This document shows, in pieces, positions 58,041 through 64,000 of a stretch of DNA of 64,000 nt; within the stretch, counting starts at the first letter, position 1, and each line of letters begins with the position of its first letter. The notes beneath the pieces were generated by a model. That model searched no databases. It was given only the letters and a program-made list of their open reading frames with translations, and was not told where the DNA came from. The DNA is from an uncultured Gammaproteobacteria bacterium. Lineage in GTDB: Bacteria > Pseudomonadota > Gammaproteobacteria > Steroidobacterales > Rariloculaceae. Location of the stretch: contig CAVSMD010000008.1 in assembly GCA_963728995.1 (NCBI GenBank), positions 50,066 to 114,065 of the forward strand, given 5' to 3'. The translations under genes were made by a program, and so were the position numbers.

Positions 58041-60665
58041 CTAAATCAACACTTCGGTAGCGGGCTCGCGGAGGTTGTAGCGCGAGCTCATCGCGTAGCC
58101 GTACGCGCCCGCATTCGCGATCAGCAGCACGTCGTTCTCCTTGGCCGGCGGCAGCAGCCGGTCGGAGCCGAGCCGATCGCCCGTCTCGCAGATCGGGCCG
58201 ACCACGGTGACGAGCTCCGTCGCCGGCTTACCGAGCCGCGTGAGATTCACGATGTCGTGGTAGGCGCCATAGAGGGCGGGCCGAATCAGGCTGTTCATGC
58301 CGGTCCCGACGCCGACGTACTGCACGTCGCCTTTGCCCTTTGTCTGCGTCACGCGCGCGAGCAGCACGCCAGCTTGCGCGACGATGAAACGACCCGGCTC
58401 GATCCACACGGCTCGGCCGCCGCAGCTCTGTTTGATCTCGCCGAGCGCGGCATCGAGCCCCGGCATGTCGAGCCCCGGTTGCCCGGTCTTCTCGGGCACG
58501 CCAAGGCCGCCGCCGACGTCGAGGTAACGCACGTCCGGAAAGCGCTCGAGCACCTTCAGCAGTTGCCGTCCCGTATCGAGCCATGCGTCCGGCGTCAGCA
58601 CACCGCTGCCGGTATGCGCATGCAGACCGACGACCCGTGCGCCGGCCTTCTTGACCGCCTCGGCCAGCTCGTCGAGCTCGAACAGCGGCACGCCGAATTT
58701 CGAGTGCACTCCGGCGGTACGCACGTGCTCGTGGTGGCCGCGTCCTTGGCCCGTGTCGATCCGGACGAAGATTTCCCGGCCTTTGAAGGCCTTCCCCCAA
58801 TTCTTCAGCGGGAACAGGTTGTCGAGCGTGACCCAGATGCCCGTGTCGAGCGCCTGCTCGTATTCCGCGCGCGGGGCGAAGTTCGGCGTGAACAGAATTC
58901 GCTTGCGGTCGATTCCCGGAAGCACCTCGAGAACGCGGGCGACCTCGCCGGGGGACACGCATTCCAGATTCAAGCCGCGCTCGTAGACGAGCTTCAGGAT
59001 GGCCGGATGCGAGTTGGCCTTCATCGCGTAGAAGACTGCGTCGACGGACTTCAACGAGGTCAACGCGGCCACCGCAGCTTCGATGCTTTCGCGGTCGTAG
59101 ACATACGTCGCATCGCGTTGCGCGCCGATCTCGAGCAGCTGGGCCTTCTTCTTGACCCACCATGGCTTCGGAGCCGTCTTCGACGGTGCACCGCCGCTCG
59201 TCAGGCGTTCCCAGGTCTCACCGAACACGCCGCCCTCGAACTTCGTCACGAGCAGCGCATGCAAGTGCTGGACGAGTCGGTAGGCATGCTCCGAGCTGAC
59301 GACGAACGTGAGGTTCAGATCGTTCGCTGCCTGCGTCACGAGGTGGACTTTCTGCTCCTGGAACACTTCGAGCACAGGCGAGAGCTCGTGCAGGATCGTG
59401 CGGATCCGCTGGCCGACCAGCGTGATCGCGGCGCAGTCCCCGATGATCGTGACACGGCAAAGCTTGCGAAGATCCTGCGCCAGCGCCTCGATGGCGGCGC
59501 GGTTCGTGACGTTCTGCACGACGTCGATCGAGACGGTGACATTGCTCTCCGACGTGGAGATCAGGTCGACGGAAATACCGTGCTCGCGGAACACGTTGAA
59601 TGCGTCCGCCAGGAAGCCGACCTGGTGCCACATCTCCATCGACTCCATCGACAGCAGCGTGATGCCGCTGCGATGCGAGATCGCCTTCAGCTGTGGCTGA
59701 TCGTCGTTCTGGGCATTCGAGATGACGCTGCCTTCCCACTCGGGATGCGTCGTGCATTTCAGAAACAGGGGGATGCCGGACGCGCGGACGGGCGAGATGC
59801 TGCGTGGATGTAGTATGCCGCCGCCCGCGGACGCAATCTCCTGCGCTTCGCGATAGTGAAGGCTCTTGATGAGCCGCGCCGACGGCACGGCCTTCGGATC
59901 GGCGCTGAAGAATCCCGGGGCGTCGGTCCAGATCTCGAGGCGGCGCGCTTCGAGCTTGCCCGCCAGATACGCGCCCGTGGTGTCCGAGCCGCCCCGGCCG
60001 AGCAGCACGGTTTCGCCCTGGGCGTTGCGCGCGATGAATCCTTGCGACAGCACGATTCCGTCGATGGCCGCAAAACGCGCCTGAAGTGCTTTGTCGGCAG
60101 AGAAATCGCAGCGCGCCGATAGAAATCGCGCCGTCTCGGTCTGGTCCCTGACCGTCGAGCTCTCGAGGTGCGTGCGGATGTCCTGCCAATCGACGTCGAA
60201 CCCGCCCGAGCGCAGATAGGCCGCCCCGAGCTCCGTGGCGGCCAGCTCGCCGCTGGCCAGCACGCGGGCATGCACGCGGGGGCTAACCTCGCCGACGAGC
60301 TTCACTCCGGCAATGACTTGCTCGAGCTTGCGGAATCGTTCGTCGAGGATCGAAGCGGAGAGGCCGAGCTCCTGCGCGAGCGTGTCGTGCTGTGCGCGGA
60401 TCTTGCCGAGCCGCTCATCCGTGTCGCCGCCGGCCACCGCGGCGTCGAGCAAGGCGATCAGCGCGTTCGAGACGCCGACCAGCGCAGAGTGCACGATCAC
60501 CGGCCGCACGCCTTCGGCGAGCCGATCACGCACGAGTCGCCCGATGATCGCCCAGTTCTCGGCGGTCGAGACGCTGCGGCCGCCGAACTTCATCACGACC
60601 CACGGCGAATCCGGGTACGGCGTGTCGACGGCCTGGCTCACGCCGAGCGCTGGAACTCCTGACAT
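58041..60665 (-). CDS. bifunctional aspartate kinase / diaminopimelate decarboxylase
   Basis: The N-half has VVMKFGGRSV, GRGGSDT and ACT-like repeats. The C-half has DAVFYAMKANSHPAILK (PLP Lys), HAHTGSG and EPGRFIVA. Confidence 0.9.
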   Translation of the reverse strand: MSGVPALGVSQAVDTPYPDSPWVVMKFGGRSVSTAENWAIIGRLVRDRLAEGVRPVIVHSALVGVSNALIALLDAAVAGGDTDERLGKIRAQHDTLAQELGLSASILDERFRKLEQVIAGVKLVGEVSPRVHARVLASGELAATELGAAYLRSGGFDVDWQDIRTHLESSTVRDQTETARFLSARCDFSADKALQARFAAIDGIVLSQGFIARNAQGETVLLGRGGSDTTGAYLAGKLEARRLEIWTDAPGFFSADPKAVPSARLIKSLHYREAQEIASAGGGILHPRSISPVRASGIPLFLKCTTHPEWEGSVISNAQNDDQPQLKAISHRSGITLLSMESMEMWHQVGFLADAFNVFREHGISVDLISTSESNVTVSIDVVQNVTNRAAIEALAQDLRKLCRVTIIGDCAAITLVGQRIRTILHELSPVLEVFQEQKVHLVTQAANDLNLTFVVSSEHAYRLVQHLHALLVTKFEGGVFGETWERLTSGGAPSKTAPKPWWVKKKAQLLEIGAQRDATYVYDRESIEAAVAALTSLKSVDAVFYAMKANSHPAILKLVYERGLNLECVSPGEVARVLEVLPGIDRKRILFTPNFAPRAEYEQALDTGIWVTLDNLFPLKNWGKAFKGREIFVRIDTGQGRGHHEHVRTAGVHSKFGVPLFELDELAEAVKKAGARVVGLHAHTGSGVLTPDAWLDTGRQLLKVLERFPDVRYLDVGGGLGVPEKTGQPGLDMPGLDAALGEIKQSCGGRAVWIEPGRFIVAQAGVLLARVTQTKGKGDVQYVGVGTGMNSLIRPALYGAYHDIVNLTRLGKPATELVTVVGPICETGDRLGSDRLLPPAKENDVLLIANAGAYGYAMSSRYNLREPATEVLI

Positions 60666-60677
60666 GGCTGCCTCTGG

Positions 60678-62378
60678 CTAACCTAGATCCAAATCGGTGA
60701 CCGCGCCCGTAGAGGCCGAGCTCACCAAGCGCGCGTATTTGGCGAGCAAGCCACGCTGCGTCTTCGGCGTCGGTGGGCTCCATGCGCGCAGCCGGTGATC
60801 CAAGGTTTCGCGTGAAACGCCGAGCTCGATCGTTTTGCGCACGGCATCGATGACGATCGGATCCCCGTTCTCGACGATCGCGATGGGGCCGCCCACGGCC
60901 GCTTCAGGCGTGACGTGGCCCACCACGAAACCGTGGCTGCCGCCGGAAAATCGGCCATCGGTGATCAACGCTACCTTGTCGCCGAGGCCGCGGCCGATGA
61001 TCGCGCCGGTCGGGCTCAACATCTCGCGCATCCCCGGCCCGCCCTTCGGTCCTTCGTAGCGAATCACGACGACGTCACCCGCCACGACGATGCCGTCGAG
61101 GATGGCGCGCAGTGCCTCCTCCTCGGATTGGAACACGCGGGCGCGGCCCTCGAAGCGCAGCCCCTCCTTGCCGGAAATCTTGGCCACGGCGCCTTCGGGT
61201 GCGAGATTGCCGTACAGGATGGCGAGATGACTGTCCGGCTTGATCGGTCGATCCAGCCCGCTGACGATTTTTTGCCCCGGCGGATACGGCGCGACCTCCG
61301 CGAGATTCTCGGCCACCGTGCGGCCCGTCACGGTCAGGCAGTCGCCGTGCAGGAGACCAGCATCGAGCAACATCCTCTGCAACGGCTGAACCCCGCCGAT
61401 CGCGACCAGCTCCGACATCATGTAGCGACCGCTCGGCCGCAGATCGGCCAGCACCGGCGTGCGATTGCCGATCCGGGTGAAATCGTCGAGCTTCAAGTCG
61501 ATGCGCGCGTCGTGCGCGATCGCCAGCAAATGCAGCACGGCATTCGTCGAACCTCCGAGGGCAATCACCGTCGTGATGGCGTTCTCGAAGGCTTCCTTGG
61601 AGAGGATGTCCGACGGCTTGATGCCCCGCTGGATGAGCCTCACGACGGCTTCTCCGGCGTGCCGGGAGTCGCTGCGCTTGGCATTGGATACCGCCTCCTG
61701 GGCCGAGCTGTTCGCGAGGCTGAGACCCAGGGCTTCGATCGCCGAGGCCATGGTGTTGGCCGTATACATGCCGGCACACGAGCCCGGGCCCGGGATCGCC
61801 GTCGATTCCACTTCCTTGAGCTCGCGGTCGTCGATCTTGCCCGCCGCGTAGCTGCCGACGGCCTCGAACACCGAGATGATGTCGCGATGCTTGGGCCCCG
61901 GCTGGATGGTGCCTCCGTAGACGAACACCGACGGGCGGTTCAGCCGGGCCATGGCCATCACGCAGCCCGGCATGTTCTTGTCGCAGCCCCCGATCGTGAC
62001 CAGGCCGTCGAACCCTTCGGCGGCGGTGACCGTTTCGATCGAGTCGGCAATGACCTCACGCGACACGAGCGAATAGCGCATGCCGGGCGTACCCATCGAG
62101 ATGCCGTCGGATACCGTGATCGTATTGAATAGAACGCTCTTGCCGCCGGCGCTGTCGGCGCCCTGCCCGGCTTCGCGTGCCAGACCGTCGATGTGCATGT
62201 TGCAGGGCGTCACCATGCTCCAGGTGGACGCGATTCCTACCTGGGGCTTGCCGAAGTCCTCGTCCTTGAAGCCGACCGCACGCAACATCGCGCGGCTGGG
62301 CGCGTGCTCGACCCCGTCGACGACGACGCGCGAGTAGCGGCGCGGGTCGTTCGTCGGGTCTTGATCCTCGTTTGCCAT
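60678..62378 (-). CDS. ilvD: dihydroxy-acid dehydratase
   Basis: [45 protein letters not shown] and [12 protein letters not shown]. The ATG at 62378 (MANEDQ) is preferred to ORF-track start 62540. Confidence 0.95.
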   Translation of the reverse strand: MANEDQDPTNDPRRYSRVVVDGVEHAPSRAMLRAVGFKDEDFGKPQVGIASTWSMVTPCNMHIDGLAREAGQGADSAGGKSVLFNTITVSDGISMGTPGMRYSLVSREVIADSIETVTAAEGFDGLVTIGGCDKNMPGCVMAMARLNRPSVFVYGGTIQPGPKHRDIISVFEAVGSYAAGKIDDRELKEVESTAIPGPGSCAGMYTANTMASAIEALGLSLANSSAQEAVSNAKRSDSRHAGEAVVRLIQRGIKPSDILSKEAFENAITTVIALGGSTNAVLHLLAIAHDARIDLKLDDFTRIGNRTPVLADLRPSGRYMMSELVAIGGVQPLQRMLLDAGLLHGDCLTVTGRTVAENLAEVAPYPPGQKIVSGLDRPIKPDSHLAILYGNLAPEGAVAKISGKEGLRFEGRARVFQSEEEALRAILDGIVVAGDVVVIRYEGPKGGPGMREMLSPTGAIIGRGLGDKVALITDGRFSGGSHGFVVGHVTPEAAVGGPIAIVENGDPIVIDAVRKTIELGVSRETLDHRLRAWSPPTPKTQRGLLAKYARLVSSASTGAVTDLDLG

Positions 62379-62551
62379 TTCAGTGCCCGTGCCGCCCTTT
62401 TGCGGGCCAGCGATTATGGCGGCGGCCGTAGTGCGGGGCAACCGCAGACGCGCGCGGCGGCGCAGTCGCCGGGCCGGCGGCACGGACCGCGGTGGCCGGT
62501 GGAGCACGCCGATCGCCGAGCGGCGATGGCGATTCGGCAAGGCCTGGGGCG

Positions 62552-62579
62552 AAAAAACCGACGCCCCGACAAAGCGTCG
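62552..62579 (-). terminator. terminator-like hairpin plus T6 inside the ilvD 5' leader (minus strand)
   Basis: The minus strand reads CGACGC-TTTGTCGGG-GCGTCG-G-TTTTTT, about 170 nt upstream of the ilvD ATG. An overlapping alternative hairpin is GGGGCG-N10-CGCCCC (62546-67). Confidence 0.3.
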
Positions 62580-62626
62580 CCAGAACAGGATCGTACAGCT
62601 TGTTCTCGAAGTGGCGGCTGAATAGT

Positions 62627-63940
62627 ATGATCCCCTGTAGTCTCCCAGCTTCGTTGGAACGGATGGATCCCCAGGATTCAGGAATCTTCCGGCTCACGAG
62701 CGTCGGCAGCTATCTGGACGCGCTGTCCGCGATCACCGACGAGATGAGCCTCAAAGAGCGCAGCAATCTGATCTTGCTGGACCGCGCTTTGCACGAGCAC
62801 TGGGGCCTCGGCCAGAACGTCATCCTGAACTGGTGCCCGCAAGGCGACGGCATCTCGTTGCTGGTGATCCCTCATTACGGAGTGGCCGAATACTCGACTC
62901 GCGACAACGAGCGGAGCGCGGTGACCGACAGCGGTGTGTCGCGGCCCAAGCAGGATTTCTTCCAGGCGCTATTGACGGGCCGGCGGTGCCTCGCGCCAGC
63001 GCAGCTCCACAAGGTGGGTCGGCTGCTCGGCATCGCCCCCACACAAGTGCGACTGCGCGAGCCGTTGAAGAATACGCCGGCCCAGCACGAGATCATCGAG
63101 AACATGGTCAAGCGCTACAGCATCAGCTATGTGCCCAACCGCGGCGTGTGCCTGTTCGACATCGTGGGATTCAGCTTGCTGACGCCATTCGAGCAGATGA
63201 TGCAGCTGAACAGCCTCTCGTACTCGCTGAACTCCGCGCAGAGCCGGCTGCTGACCAAGCGTATCGGCGTGGACTTCTCGCGCACCACGACGGGCGACGG
63301 GTTTTATATCTGGAACCGGGATCGGTCGCTCGAAGGGAACGTGAACCTCTATCACTTCATGCAGCTTGCGCTCGCCGATAACGCAATCGCGCGGAAGAAA
63401 ACCCGGCGCAACACGGTGCCGAAGCTCCGGGCCTGTTTCCACATCGGCAGCAGCTACGAGTTCCACCAGGCGGAGGGGCTCAATCCGACGTTGCTGAACT
63501 ACATCGTCGGCGACGTCACCGTGGATCTCGCGCGCATGATCGACCGCGCGATGCCGGGCCAGATTTTGGTCGGCGAATTTCAGGCGAGCATGCTCACGAC
63601 CGACTCCGACCGCGCGGAGACCGCAGTCATCGACTCGGTCGATTTCGTGGACCTCGCGACGCGCAACATCGAGCAACTTACCGGCATCGAGCTGTCGGGC
63701 GAGCGTGTGGACGCGATCCGCAGCTACCTGACCGGCAGCAAGCTCAAGACCGGTGAGTTCAGCGTGCGGAGTATCACGATCAACGACAAGCATGGGATCG
63801 CGCGCCGTGTCTACAACGCGAAGGTGAACATCTATCGGCACAGCGCCGAGCCGATCTTGCTCGGCATAGAGGACCGCGCGCTCGAGTCGACTGCGAGTAC
63901 CGGTCAAACCGGCCCGCTCCTGCAGCCGCTGCCGGCCTGA
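62627..63940 (+). CDS. class III nucleotidyl-cyclase-like domain protein with uncharacterised N- and C-terminal regions
   Basis: The central region has [13 protein letters not shown] (metal Asp 1), TTGDGFYIW (metal Asp 2) and [10 protein letters not shown]...[23 protein letters not shown] (the G-x-x-V-N-x-A-x-R-like region). Alternative start at ATG 62663. Confidence 0.6.
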   Translation: MIPCSLPASLERMDPQDSGIFRLTSVGSYLDALSAITDEMSLKERSNLILLDRALHEHWGLGQNVILNWCPQGDGISLLVIPHYGVAEYSTRDNERSAVTDSGVSRPKQDFFQALLTGRRCLAPAQLHKVGRLLGIAPTQVRLREPLKNTPAQHEIIENMVKRYSISYVPNRGVCLFDIVGFSLLTPFEQMMQLNSLSYSLNSAQSRLLTKRIGVDFSRTTTGDGFYIWNRDRSLEGNVNLYHFMQLALADNAIARKKTRRNTVPKLRACFHIGSSYEFHQAEGLNPTLLNYIVGDVTVDLARMIDRAMPGQILVGEFQASMLTTDSDRAETAVIDSVDFVDLATRNIEQLTGIELSGERVDAIRSYLTGSKLKTGEFSVRSITINDKHGIARRVYNAKVNIYRHSAEPILLGIEDRALESTASTGQTGPLLQPLPA

Positions 63941-64000
63941 CGGCCCTAGCTAGAGGTGGCCCGAACGACTGTCTCGGGCGGCTCTTGCAGCGTTTGATCC

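Noticed and set aside
57942-59813. 623-aa plus-strand ORF opposite the aspartokinase/DAP-decarboxylase gene. Similar cases are 41475-43094, 44334-45605, 45532-46650, 47040-48368, 19945-21408, 21967-23115, 52195-53526, 53630-54370 and 60915-62132.
   Set aside because: All lie antisense to strongly recognisable housekeeping genes. They have low-complexity Arg/Asp/His-rich translations and no start context. They are treated as GC-driven artefacts.
60666-60677. Lysine riboswitch or other leader upstream of the aspartokinase/lysA fusion.
   Set aside because: Only 12 nt separate it from the ilvD stop, so no space exists for a structured leader.
62380-62697. 105-aa minus-strand ORF as a leader peptide or upstream ORF for ilvD.
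   Set aside because: It reads through the terminator-like hairpin without stopping and overlaps the cyclase 5' end antisense. Its tail is Ala/Pro/Arg junk, and it has no ILV-codon cluster.
62627-64000. Pycsar-type (cyclase + effector) antiphage operon.
   Set aside because: No effector ORF follows the cyclase-like gene. The remaining 60 nt read best as the 3' end of a convergent minus-strand gene (..VVRATSS-stop, ending about 63947). The upstream neighbour is ilvD. Only the orphan cyclase itself is reported.

Overview
High-GC (about 65-70% by eye) chromosomal segment. Its gene content and synteny fit a Xanthomonadales/Nevskiales-like gammaproteobacterium: fabG-acpP-fabF-pabC-mltG-tmk-holB-pilZ order, an aspartokinase/DAP-decarboxylase fusion, and xps-like gspG-N. 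I call about 60 protein genes and recognise no rRNA, tRNA, CRISPR array, transposase or integrase. Blocks, left to right: (1) 1-7771, a surface-polysaccharide locus with GT4s, a Wzy-like membrane protein, two tandem sulfotransferases, a secreted beta-helix protein and an initiating polyprenyl-P sugar-1-P transferase; three of these genes carry apparent +1 frame breaks. (2) 8038-11546, a sigma54-type response regulator, a histidine kinase and a coiled-coil lipoprotein. (3) 11720-19899, envelope and miscellaneous genes: a Thr-Pro-linker His-rich lipoprotein, an S9 peptidase, a PagP-like protein, an M48 protease, and a TIR-like gene followed by a cytoplasmic GDPD, divergent from an EEP-family gene. 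(4) A FadB/J-type enzyme and a double cNMP-binding plus rhodanese protein. (5) The pilZ-holB-tmk-mltG-pabC-fabF-acpP-fabG string, headed by a rhombosortase-like gene and divergent from a T2SS gspGHIJKLMN operon. (6) AddAB-type helicase-nuclease, alaA-like, sseA-like and a Prx5-type peroxiredoxin. (7) ilvC-ilvE-leuCDB, preceded by what reads as a classical leader-peptide attenuator. (8) A TrpR-like (YerC/YecD) gene fused onto the front of hisGDCBHAFE, with a trp-operator-like palindrome in its promoter. (9) A broken alpha/beta hydrolase, ilvD plus the lysA/aspartokinase fusion, and an orphan class-III nucleotidyl-cyclase-like protein at the right edge. The candidates most worth follow-up are the TIR-like/GDPD/EEP cluster, the orphan divergent cyclase, the TrpR-like his-operon regulator with its operator, the ilv attenuator, the rhombosortase-T2SS adjacency, and the sulfotransferase-bearing glycan locus with its clustered frame breaks. 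All family assignments come from reading motifs in the translations; no database search was run.
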